A stretch of DNA of 38,497 nt, from contig CALKOM010000151.1 in NCBI GenBank assembly GCA_938091905.1, forward strand, positions 1-38,497, given 5' to 3'. The translations under genes and the position numbers were made by a program. The number at the start of each line of letters is the position of its first letter. Within the stretch, counting starts at the first letter, position 1. Below the pieces are notes generated by a model. It saw only the letters and a program-made list of their open reading frames with translations. It was not told where the DNA came from and ran no database searches. Source of the stretch: an uncultured Verrucomicrobiales bacterium. Its GTDB lineage: Bacteria > Verrucomicrobiota > Verrucomicrobiia > Verrucomicrobiales > DEV007. Positions 18,349 through 26,594 of this stretch are shown here, in pieces.

Positions 18349-19980
18349 ATGATCGGCTCCGTCCATCGCAAGACGCGTTTATGGAATGGGATTCTTCTAT
18401 TTGCCGTCGCACTCGCTGCAACCCTCGCTCATGGGGAAAACCAGAAGCAAGTGGTTCTCGATGGGATCACCTTCGATTCAGCCTATGACAACGGTAGTAT
18501 GGGCCAGGTCGTCCAACGCAGCTCTGATCGGTTTCTGGTCCCTCTCTATGAGGAACAGGGCGAGCTAGGGCCCCGACGCTACTGGTTCCGTTTCCGCATC
18601 TTCGGCCCTACGAACCGAACCCTTACTCTCGATCTCGAACATGCGGAGAACCCTCGCCCGTTCATCCGGGAAAGTGCTGCTCCCTGGCGTCGTATGACCA
18701 AAGAAGAGGCACCCGATCTCGAGACCGTCACCGTGCACTTGCTAGGCGAGGAACACCCCATCGAGCTAGCGTTCTTTGAACCACTAGGAGTCAATGAAAC
18801 TATCGAGGCTGTCGACCGGCTCACTTCGGCTTTTCCGCAGGTGGTCACTGAGGAACCTCTTGGGGAAACTGATGATGGGCTGCCGTTGACACTCTTTACG
18901 ATCACTGATAAAACGACTCCCATCGATTCCAAGCAACGCGTCTGGGTTCACAGTCGGGCCCACGCTGGCGAGGTCACCAGCACCCATGTGCTACTCGGTA
19001 TGCTAGAACGCCTCATGGAAGACTCACCCCGAGGACGTGCACTTCGGTCTCAACTCATTGTCCACGTCGTTCCCTTACTGAACCCCGATGGCATTCGTCG
19101 CGGCCATACCCGCTGGGATGCAGCAGGGCGTGATCCGGAAAGCCAGTGGTGTGCAATTGCTAGTCCAGCCATTCAATCGATCAAGGCTCAGGTCGATGTG
19201 CTCATGAACCAAGAGATTCCAATCACCCTGGCACTCAATCTCCATTCTACCAAGGGCGCCTATGCCGATACATTCTTCTTCAAACATCTCACGCCGAGCG
19301 TGTCCTCAGCGTTTGAAATCATTCAGCAGCGCTATATCGATGCCTTAGCTGATCGCTCTCCTCTGTTTGAAAACCTCAACCCAGGAGGGAGTCAGCTACA
19401 CGCGTGTCGTTTCATTGAGTCGTACTTTTGGAATGGCTGGGGCGAGAAGGTCATGGCGCTCACCCATGAAGGCCATTTCCACCGACGGCTCACCGACAAC
19501 GAGTGGATCACCGGAGACGACTACCGTTCACTTGGGCGTTCAATGGCGTCGGCTCTGACCGATTTCTATGAGCTCTCACCAGCACGCACCCTGTCGTGGG
19601 AAGAATGGCAGGCTGAACACTTTGATGCGCTTGAGCGTCGTTTCGAGAGCCTGTCCGGTCCCCTGGCAGACCCTGACGACGACAATCGCGCGAACATCCT
19701 TGAATACGGGCAAGCAACCCACCCTCGCCGCTTCGATCCCTCAACGGCACCGCTCACGATGGGCAACTCACTATCATTTTCCCGTTCCCTGGTTGCAGGA
19801 GACGCCACTTGGTATGTCGAGTATTCTTCTGATCTGGTATCTTGGCGAGCGATCAGCCCGGTGGGCTGGGAAATGCAGCCCGCGGAGCAGCCAGGCATCG
19901 AGACCGTTGCCGTACCTTTTCCAAAAAAATTTGGAACGAACTTTATCCGCGTAGCAGTCGATCTGAACAAAGACCGTTGA
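18349..19980 (+). CDS. Exported M14 zinc carboxypeptidase with C-terminal module
   Basis: Signal peptide ending AHG; FDSAYDNG and WFRFR N-domain; HAGE, NPDG, LNLHS zinc/substrate motifs; DPDDDNRANILEY and YSSDLVSW tail. Confidence 0.85.
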   Translation: MIGSVHRKTRLWNGILLFAVALAATLAHGENQKQVVLDGITFDSAYDNGSMGQVVQRSSDRFLVPLYEEQGELGPRRYWFRFRIFGPTNRTLTLDLEHAENPRPFIRESAAPWRRMTKEEAPDLETVTVHLLGEEHPIELAFFEPLGVNETIEAVDRLTSAFPQVVTEEPLGETDDGLPLTLFTITDKTTPIDSKQRVWVHSRAHAGEVTSTHVLLGMLERLMEDSPRGRALRSQLIVHVVPLLNPDGIRRGHTRWDAAGRDPESQWCAIASPAIQSIKAQVDVLMNQEIPITLALNLHSTKGAYADTFFFKHLTPSVSSAFEIIQQRYIDALADRSPLFENLNPGGSQLHACRFIESYFWNGWGEKVMALTHEGHFHRRLTDNEWITGDDYRSLGRSMASALTDFYELSPARTLSWEEWQAEHFDALERRFESLSGPLADPDDDNRANILEYGQATHPRRFDPSTAPLTMGNSLSFSRSLVAGDATWYVEYSSDLVSWRAISPVGWEMQPAEQPGIETVAVPFPKKFGTNFIRVAVDLNKDR

Positions 19981-20014
19981 CCCTTGGCCCAGCCCTGTGT
20001 ATGCAGAGGCACCC

Positions 20015-21271
20015 ATGAGTGACATGAAAGTGATAGTCGTCGGCAAAGGAGGGCGTGAACACGCCATCGTGCGTGCCCTGAAGGAGTCCCCATCTGTGCC
20101 TCAAGTCTACGCCTGGCCAGGCAGCGATGCGATCTTTGAACTCGCGCAGCCAACGACCGATGTCACCTGCATCCCCGAACTGCTCAACTACATCAAATCG
20201 GAGAAGATCCATCTCTGCGTCGCTGGGGAGGAAAGCTATCTCATGGAAGGGCTCTCCGATGCCTGCGAAGCGACAGGAATCCCCTGCTGGGGTCCCAAAC
20301 GCGCCGGTGCCATGCTCGAAGGCAGCAAGGAATTCGCCAAGGAATTCATGGTGCGGCACAACATTCCCACTGGCGGCTATGCTAGCGTTTCAAATATCGA
20401 CGACGCTCGCGGCGCTATCACGAGCTATCCTTGTGTGCTCAAATACGATGGACTCGCCGCCGGCAAAGGCGTCGCTGTTTGCCCAGATCAAACGTCAGCA
20501 GAGAGCTTTCTCAAAGAGGTCTTCGAGGACGCCCGCTTCGGAGACGGTAATTTGTTAATCGAAGAATACCTGGAAGGGCCAGAGGTTTCCATCTTCGCCA
20601 TGGTCGCGGACGCCTCTTATCAAATTCTCTGCCCAGCACGTGATTACAAACGTCTCGAGGATGGCGATGGCGGTCCGAACACAGGAGGCATGGGAGCAGT
20701 CGCGTCGCCGAAGCTACTCGACGCTGACCTCCTAGCACAAATCGAGAAGACAATCGTTCGACCCACCGTCGACGGCCTGCAGAAGGACAAGAACCCGTAT
20801 AGGGGATTCCTCTACTTCGGACTCATGCTGACGACAGCCGGCCCCAAAGTGATCGAGTATAACTGCCGCTTCGGCGATCCAGAGTGCCAAGCCGTCATGC
20901 CTCTCATCGAGGGCGATCTCGCCGGGTATCTATTAAAGGCAGCATCTGGTGTGCTCGACCCAAGCTATTTCACCTTTCAAGATCTCTGGAGTGTCTGCGT
21001 CATCCTCGCCTCTGCTGGCTATCCCGCATCCTCACGGAGTGGCAACGTCATTCGCGGGCTCGACGCCGTAAAAGAAGCACGGGTTTATCATTCAGGCACC
21101 AAACGAGGTGACAGCGGCTCTTTCGAAACGAACGGAGGCCGAGTCCTCGCCGTTGTCGCGCAGGGAACAGATCGCGAATCTGCGGTAGAGCGCGCCTTTG
21201 CCGATGCCGCCAACGTCGATTTCGAAGGCGCCCTAAGGCGTTCAGATATAGGAAGGCTACACTTCAACTAG
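20015..21271 (+). CDS. purD: Phosphoribosylamine--glycine ligase
   Basis: GKGGREHA, LEGSKEFAKEFM, DGLAAGKGV, GPNTGGMG, EYNCRFGDPE, TNGGRVL. Start placed at ATG 20015 (20024 also possible). Confidence 0.97.
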   Translation: MSDMKVIVVGKGGREHAIVRALKESPSVPQVYAWPGSDAIFELAQPTTDVTCIPELLNYIKSEKIHLCVAGEESYLMEGLSDACEATGIPCWGPKRAGAMLEGSKEFAKEFMVRHNIPTGGYASVSNIDDARGAITSYPCVLKYDGLAAGKGVAVCPDQTSAESFLKEVFEDARFGDGNLLIEEYLEGPEVSIFAMVADASYQILCPARDYKRLEDGDGGPNTGGMGAVASPKLLDADLLAQIEKTIVRPTVDGLQKDKNPYRGFLYFGLMLTTAGPKVIEYNCRFGDPECQAVMPLIEGDLAGYLLKAASGVLDPSYFTFQDLWSVCVILASAGYPASSRSGNVIRGLDAVKEARVYHSGTKRGDSGSFETNGGRVLAVVAQGTDRESAVERAFADAANVDFEGALRRSDIGRLHFN

Positions 21272-21321
21272 CACTACCTTAACATCTTGCCCTTATTCCA
21301 AAATCAAGCGACCCGTAGCCG

Positions 21322-22761
21322 TTAATACTTTGGAACACTCTGGTGAATCGGCAAAGCCAGCCGATCCTCCCAGCGGTGCAATTGATATCCTGAGGCCAAT
21401 CCACCGATCTTCCGCAAAAGCGTTAGGCACCGAGACTGCCACTGCCCGTAATTCGGAGGGCCCGGTGGAAGGTCTCTTGAGTTTGGAAAAATGAGATACG
21501 TGACCGTGACATCCGACACTGGCCTATAGCTCGGCGAAGCCTTGGAGTTGAGCGCTTTGGCCAAGCGCAGCGACCCCTCGCCAATCGTCGTCTTTGGACC
21601 GTAGTCACCGCAGATGGCAGGATACAGTTTATCCTTGTAAATCACAACCGCGTAGTCACCCATCCTTGGCGTGTGCGGATGGTGGCCAATATATGGCCGC
21701 ATCGACAGCGGCAAGACGATGAAAGGATCTTCACGGGCGATGAGGAAACTCTCCTTCTGCAGACCAGCGATCGTCGATGGAAGGTGTTTCGCTTGATAGC
21801 TTAACTGCGCCTTCTCGGCAGGACCTGGTTTCGCCGTGAGCCGGGAGCGAACAGAGGCAAGGCGCTCTTGATAGACAGGAAGAAGCGGGTTTGGCCGAGC
21901 CGTCCGCTTCGGCCAGCGATAGCTCGTCTCCGGTTGATACGTTGGCGAACGGATGACTTCGGGAGTCATCATTCCCAAGCGATCCCCATCAGAACCATCC
22001 GCCACCACATCCATGTCAGCCTGGACAAACAATACTTTCTGACTCGTAGCTGGATAAGTCAGCTCAAGTATCGTCTGGCAATCATAGAAGTTGTGTCGCG
22101 ATAGCGTCTTCTCAAGATTCACCATCTTCGCCCTAAGATGGGCCAGCTTGTCTTTGTAAAGGAGATGAAAGAACCCCGACACTTTCGCCTTGGACATCAT
22201 GCTATTTAGGCCAGGAAGCATGTTAGGGAGCGTCCCATTTGCCTCAGCCAGCTCCTTCATAGAATCACTTGCCTCTGGCACATTCACCACAACTTGGAAA
22301 TGTGCCTGATAACTTTCGTCGCGGGCTCGCTCGACCGAAGGTAAGCTCCCCTTTCTTACCGCCACATCCGTGCGAATCTGTATCTTATTGAAGAGATCCT
22401 TGACGTCCACCTGCTTATTCGGAACGTACGGAAGTGGCAGTGGCGGAGGCGGAGGGGCGGGAGGATCCGCCTCGATATCACGATAAACGATCTTCTCCTT
22501 TACCACTGCCACTGGCACCTCTTTCACGCGCTCGACCTCCTTGGTAACTTCTACCGGCACCTCTTTCACGAGCACGCGCTCTTGCACGACCTCCACAGGC
22601 AAGTCCACTTCTTGGACCACGACGTTGTCCGCCTTCCAATGGTCCATCAGCTCTTTCACTCCATCACGGGCAGGCTTAATGACAAGAATTCCCGGCACCG
22701 CGACCAATCCGCCTAACGCCCCACTAAAAAACGCACGCTTGGAAAGTTGAGGGCGAAGCAT
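21322..22761 (-). CDS. Glycoside hydrolase family 75 (chitosanase-like) protein with Val/Glu/Lys-rich stalk
   Basis: ADMDVVADG, PFIVLP, GDYAVVIY, AICGDYGP, IGEGSLRLA, VTYLIFP. N-terminal hydrophobic segment, KEVPVEV repeats and a poly-Pro linker. Confidence 0.75.
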   Translation of the reverse strand: MLRPQLSKRAFFSGALGGLVAVPGILVIKPARDGVKELMDHWKADNVVVQEVDLPVEVVQERVLVKEVPVEVTKEVERVKEVPVAVVKEKIVYRDIEADPPAPPPPPLPLPYVPNKQVDVKDLFNKIQIRTDVAVRKGSLPSVERARDESYQAHFQVVVNVPEASDSMKELAEANGTLPNMLPGLNSMMSKAKVSGFFHLLYKDKLAHLRAKMVNLEKTLSRHNFYDCQTILELTYPATSQKVLFVQADMDVVADGSDGDRLGMMTPEVIRSPTYQPETSYRWPKRTARPNPLLPVYQERLASVRSRLTAKPGPAEKAQLSYQAKHLPSTIAGLQKESFLIAREDPFIVLPLSMRPYIGHHPHTPRMGDYAVVIYKDKLYPAICGDYGPKTTIGEGSLRLAKALNSKASPSYRPVSDVTVTYLIFPNSRDLPPGPPNYGQWQSRCLTLLRKIGGLASGYQLHRWEDRLALPIHQSVPKY

Positions 22762-22770
22762 GACTGCGAA

Positions 22771-23478
22771 CTAATTCCGAAGTTTGAACACCACCGGCAC
22801 GCTGACGACTTTCGCAATGGGATTGCCCACCGAATCGGTCGCGGCCTTAAACCGCCACCGCCGAACCGCTTTCACCGCAGAGGCATCGAGCGCGGAGTTT
22901 CCCGAGCTCCTGGCAACGCTAACGGCACCGGCTCGTCCATTAGGATCTACCCTTACACTAACTACAACGGTCCCCTCAATGCCTTTCCGACGCTCGGCCC
23001 GTGGGTAACTCGGTTTTGAACGCCGCGTCGCCACCGGCGTGCCCACAACGGGACGCTTCTTGCTGGGCTTAGGCTTCGCCTTTGGTTTAGCAACTGGCGG
23101 CTTGGGACGAGGCTTGGGAGCCACGATCTGCGGCTTTGGTTTCGGCTTCGGCCTAGGCGTGTAAACGGGTTGGGGCTTGGGCGCTACAGGCTCAGGGACA
23201 ACCTTTGGTTTAACCGGCTCGGGAATAGAAATCGGTTCAGGCTCCGGAATGGGTTCAGGCTCCGGAATGGGTTCAGGTTCAGGAATGGGTTCGGGTTCCG
23301 GAATGGGAATTGCCTCGGGCTCTTGAACAAGCTCGATCTCGATCATGGCCTCCTCAGGAACATCAATCGCAGGCTGTGGCGGCGTTCGACCGAGCGCAAG
23401 CGTGAAGATCCCGAGATGCACGAGCACGGACGCCACACACCAGCCTATCATGCTCTCTGAATCTTGAGTTCTAGTCAT
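22771..23478 (-). CDS. tonB: Energy transducer TonB
   Basis: TM helix with SxxxH (SVLVH), PE/PK-rich spacer, C-domain YP..ERRKGIEGTV..SSGNSALD..AV..WRF. Confidence 0.92.
   Translation of the reverse strand: MTRTQDSESMIGWCVASVLVHLGIFTLALGRTPPQPAIDVPEEAMIEIELVQEPEAIPIPEPEPIPEPEPIPEPEPIPEPEPISIPEPVKPKVVPEPVAPKPQPVYTPRPKPKPKPQIVAPKPRPKPPVAKPKAKPKPSKKRPVVGTPVATRRSKPSYPRAERRKGIEGTVVVSVRVDPNGRAGAVSVARSSGNSALDASAVKAVRRWRFKAATDSVGNPIAKVVSVPVVFKLRN
23219..23310 (-). repeat. 18-bp coding tandem repeats (PEPIPE) in the TonB spacer
   Basis: Several near-identical copies of ggaatgggttcaggctcc encoding PEPEPI units. Confidence 0.8.
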
Positions 23479-23890
23479 CGGTCCCTGCTTTCTTCATTAT
23501 GATGCCTAGCGACTCGATGCCGTGCCTCCGAGCCGTTTCCAATACCTCCATAAAAACACCGTGTTTGGAAGATTCATCTCCTCGAATCTCCACGCGCTTG
23601 ACGCCATCCTGAGCCACCCGTTTCTGAACAAGAGCATCGAGGTCTTCCCGAGCAATTTTCACGTCGTCTAACAAGACACTTCCATCCGCCTCAATAGCGA
23701 AAGCCATCCTGTCACGCGAAGGGTCGGCCAGTCCAGCTTCACTCTGCGCTTGCGGCAGATTCACCACTGATTCTGGTTTCGTGAATTGGCTGCTCACCAT
23801 GAGAAAGATAAGCAACTGAAAGACCACATCGATCAATGGCGTGAGATCGATCGAGCTATCGATGCTGCGCTGTCTGGTGATCAATGCCAT
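23471..23890 (-). CDS. exbD: Biopolymer transport protein ExbD
   Basis: IDLTPLIDVVFQLLIFLMV, VNLPQA, IRGD; overlaps tonB start. Confidence 0.93.
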   Translation of the reverse strand: MALITRQRSIDSSIDLTPLIDVVFQLLIFLMVSSQFTKPESVVNLPQAQSEAGLADPSRDRMAFAIEADGSVLLDDVKIAREDLDALVQKRVAQDGVKRVEIRGDESSKHGVFMEVLETARRHGIESLGIIMKKAGTDD

Positions 23891-23897
23891 GCGAATA

Positions 23898-24503
23898 TCA
23901 GGCTTGCTTGGAGAAACACCACTCGTGAAGGTGGGAAGACACTTCGTTCACGTCGTGGACCAGTTTATCAATCCTCGCTTCAAAGAGACGGCAGGTCGTT
24001 ACAGCAGGAATTGCTACTAACAAACCAGCGACCGTCGTTAACAATCCTGTCCAGATCCCACCCGCAAAGTCAGCCGGCGTGACCTTGTCTCCTAACGCTG
24101 ATATCTGAGCAAAGGCGTTCACCATTCCCCATACCGTACCTAACAAACCAATAAGCGGTGAGATACTGCCAATCACACTGAGCGTCCGGAGTCCGCGTTC
24201 ATGTCGATTTATCCAGCGGGAAGATCCACGCTCAGTCAGGTTTCGGCAGTGCTCCTCCCCATCCCCAGCGCTCTCCAAAAAGACCTGGCCAATACTCAGC
24301 ATGGGATTTGTATCTACATCAAGCGTCTGTGGGTTTGCTTGCGCCACCCGAAGTTCTTCCAAACTTACGGCGACGCGATAGCGGTGTCGCACAAAGAAGA
24401 CCATGCGCTCAGCGATAATCGCAAAAGAGATGACGGAGAGAAACAACAGCGGCCACATAAAGGCGCCGCCTTTGTGAAAGAGATCAAGAACGTGAAAAGA
24501 CAT
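23898..24503 (-). CDS. exbB: MotA/TolQ/ExbB proton channel protein ExbB
   Basis: GGAFMWPL, SPLIGLLGTVWGM, TTVAGLLVAIPA. Start set at ATG 24503 rather than the longer ORF-track start. Confidence 0.92.
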   Translation of the reverse strand: MSFHVLDLFHKGGAFMWPLLFLSVISFAIIAERMVFFVRHRYRVAVSLEELRVAQANPQTLDVDTNPMLSIGQVFLESAGDGEEHCRNLTERGSSRWINRHERGLRTLSVIGSISPLIGLLGTVWGMVNAFAQISALGDKVTPADFAGGIWTGLLTTVAGLLVAIPAVTTCRLFEARIDKLVHDVNEVSSHLHEWCFSKQA

Positions 24504-24584
24504 GGTCAGGTGCTGACGGAGAAACGGCGTTCCCCAATTTAATGACAAAAGAGAGATCCGTATGGGAATCCAGTCAAGCCCTTG

Positions 24585-24601
24585 TTGCGACTGAGTCTCA
24601 A
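24585..24601. promoter_or_regulatory. Palindromic operator, Fur-family-like box upstream of exbB-exbD-tonB
   Basis: TTGCGACT-G-AGTCTCAA, an 8-1-8 palindrome with one mismatch, ~80 nt upstream of the exbB start. Resembles TGAGAnTnAnTCTCA-type Fur boxes. Confidence 0.55.
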
Positions 24602-24620
24602 TAGCAACAGGATTATATTG

Positions 24621-24917
24621 TCAGCCATCATTGGCATTCTCATGCAGTTGAACCAAGGTCGCCCCCCAACTTCCAGTCTGCTCATCCCCCAGACGAAAAC
24701 TGGCCACCGCAGAATGTTGGCGAAGCTTCTTGTGCACGAGCTCGCGGAGGGTGCCATTACCCTTTCCGTGGATGATTCTCAGAGAATAGATTCCCCGTCT
24801 TAAACATTCATCGATGTAATCCGGCACGAGCTCACGCACCTCCTTCGGGCGGAAAGTGTGTAAATCGAGCTCGCCCGTAATGGGGACCTCAATTGGATCT
24901 TCGGGCGATTCATTCAT
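24621..24917 (-). CDS. Stand-alone Smr (small MutS-related) domain protein
   Basis: ELDLH, IIHGKGNGTLR, GSWGATLV motifs; 98 aa. Confidence 0.9.
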   Translation of the reverse strand: MNESPEDPIEVPITGELDLHTFRPKEVRELVPDYIDECLRRGIYSLRIIHGKGNGTLRELVHKKLRQHSAVASFRLGDEQTGSWGATLVQLHENANDG

Positions 24918-24923
24918 GGGATT

Positions 24924-24959
24924 CCTGGGCTGCTAACTGCAACCACATCCTCCAGGGTT
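24924..24959 (-). promoter_or_regulatory. Candidate bacterial SECIS element
   Basis: After UGA: AACCCUGGAGGAUGU-GGUUGC-AGUUA-GCAGCC-CAGG. 6-bp upper stem, 5-nt loop with G at position 2 followed by U, 21 nt from UGA to loop, lower CCUG/CAGG pairing. Confidence 0.55.
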
Positions 24960-25160
24960 TCAACAGGCACCGCCTGCTGGACTGGCCCGGTTGGTGCCAC
25001 CACCAGTACTGAGATAACCACCCGTGATGACGCGCCGAATTGGTTTGCCTGTATCAGGGTGTGTATCCAGCGCATCATCCATCATGCTCTGACGGATTTC
25101 GAAACGCTCGACAGGTTCATCCGCAGCCCCTGGGACTGATTCATAGACATACGTAGCCAT
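24933..25160 (-). CDS. FmdB-like small protein, candidate selenoprotein (in-frame UGA at 24960-24962)
   Basis: MATYVYES..FEIRQSMMDDALDTHPDTGKPIRRVITGG matches the FmdB scaffold without the CxxC pairs. Frame continues TGT TGA AAC CCT GGA GGA TGT GGT TGC AGT TAG = C-U-NPGGCGCS*. The gene itself is well supported; Sec recoding is inferred. Confidence 0.7.
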
Positions 25161-25225
25161 GATACAGACATGGAAGGCTTGGGCAGAAATGCAACCCCAG
25201 ACGGGCAGCCAAAGCCAGCAACCTC

Positions 25226-25700
25226 TCAACCCGCTAGCTTGAGATGGAAGAGGTTGCGGGAACGGGGCCACCGGTTCCAGCACAATAGCGGCACGAGCTC
25301 GAAGCGCAACGCAACCACACGCTTTCAATGGGTCGCTTCAGCGATCGCAGCACGGAGGATTGCAGTCACCGAAACGAACCGAGGATACTGATCATCGCGG
25401 TCAGCCATATTCTGAACACCACTTCCTAACGTGACACTCAGCAGAGATTACCCCTTGATGGGACTCAATTCGATCACCTCAAAGGCACGCAAGTCTGCAT
25501 CGGTAAGCAAGCACGCCAACGCGCTTTCAAGCGCGTTGGCGTGCTTGCTTGCAATACTGCCAAGCCCGGTGACCACCACGCTGCTTGCGCATACGATCAC
25601 GCTGGATCTGACCAGCTTCATCAGCGGGCGATTGCCCGTCATCTGAACTCCAAGTCTCACATAAGTCCACAGTGGTCTGGGGACACGATTTCTTCTTCAT
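25226..25700 (-). pseudogene. RbfA-like protein pseudogene
   Basis: Joined frames: MKKK..DDGQSP..AWQYCKQAR / ALESALACLLTDADLRAFEVIELSPIKG*SLLSVTL..ILRAAIAEATH*KRVVALRFELVP. One frameshift (~25535) and stops at 25448 and 25325. Resembles the RbfA-like paralogs of PVC bacteria. Confidence 0.6.
25505..25550. repeat. Perfect 22-bp inverted repeat
   Basis: AAGCAAGCACGCCAACGCGCTT-TC-AAGCGCGTTGGCGTGCTTGCTT. Confidence 0.95.
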
Positions 25701-25858
25701 AGTGTTTTCTTCCAAGTAATTTCAATCTTCAGACAATTGTGCTCTCCTCTTCTTGAATGAAGGCACAGCAAGGAACAAACAGACGTTGTCTGATTGTGCT
25801 AAAAACGGCGAGGCATCGCCTTCTCAGGAGATTGTCCTAAAAAAGGAGATACCCCGCT

Positions 25859-26594
25859 TCACGCCAAGTCGGCGAGAACAGGAGCAGCGAAGAACATTGT
25901 ATGCGAATCGTTCATAGCAACCTTCAAGATGGGTTCGGTGAAACCATACACAACTCTTACAAAAAAATAAATTGTTTGCCCGGCATCTCGTTTCAGCATC
26001 CATGAATGGACCAGCACGCAAATCACAATCATCGCGCTACCAATATAGAACCCCAACGACAAGTCATCCGTCTCCCCTAGCAAGACAGGCGCAAGGATCA
26101 TCCCATAGACAGGTTCAAAATTTGCCGCAAGGTTGATCGTGAAGACCGAGAGATTTTCTAGCAATTTCACGTAGGCAACGTAGGCATACGCTGTGCAGAG
26201 GATGACAAGAATGGCCATTCACATCCAGTCCATTGGAGTCAAGGCAAACTGAGACAACCTGCCCTCAAAAGAAGACAAAACTAACAACGACACTAGGCAC
26301 GCCGTACTCGCACCGGCCATTTCCAATACGGTCACACCGATAGCATCTTCATCTCGAGCCCACTGCCCATTGAGGATCGAGAAGATGGCTGCGGCGATGG
26401 CCGAGGCCAACCCTAGCAGCAGCGGTACCAGATGATCGGCTTCGGCCCGAGAAATCTGAAGGAGGCCAACCGTAATAATCGCTCCCAAAGCAATCTCCGA
26501 CCGCTTCCAACGAGAGGAGGTCAGGAGGAGCTCCAAGAGTGCGGTCCACAGAGTAGTCTGTCGCCAAACCCGCGAGCAAGACGGAGGCATTCAT
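25859..26594 (-). pseudogene. EamA/DMT-family transporter pseudogene (5' truncated)
   Basis: NASVLLAGLAT / TLWTALLE frameshift (~26560), in-frame TGA at 26219, DMT signature INLAANFEPVYGMILA; N-terminal helices missing. Confidence 0.75.

Noticed and set aside
23219..23310. Tandem repeats as a CRISPR array
   Set aside because: No spacers; these are in-frame Pro-Glu repeats normal for TonB.
25325..25327. In-frame TGA in the RbfA-like gene as selenocysteine
   Set aside because: The position corresponds to Arg in H-R-K-R (CGA>TGA), and the gene has other lesions.
25161..25328. N-terminal extension of the 122-aa ORF 24960..25328
   Set aside because: FmdB-like similarity begins at ATG 25160; the extension overlaps the RbfA-like pseudogene in another frame.
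26219..26221. In-frame TGA in EamA as selenocysteine or alternative genetic code
   Set aside because: The context (DWM*MAIL) fits a Trp TGG>TGA change, the gene is also frameshifted and truncated, and intact genes here use TGA as stop.
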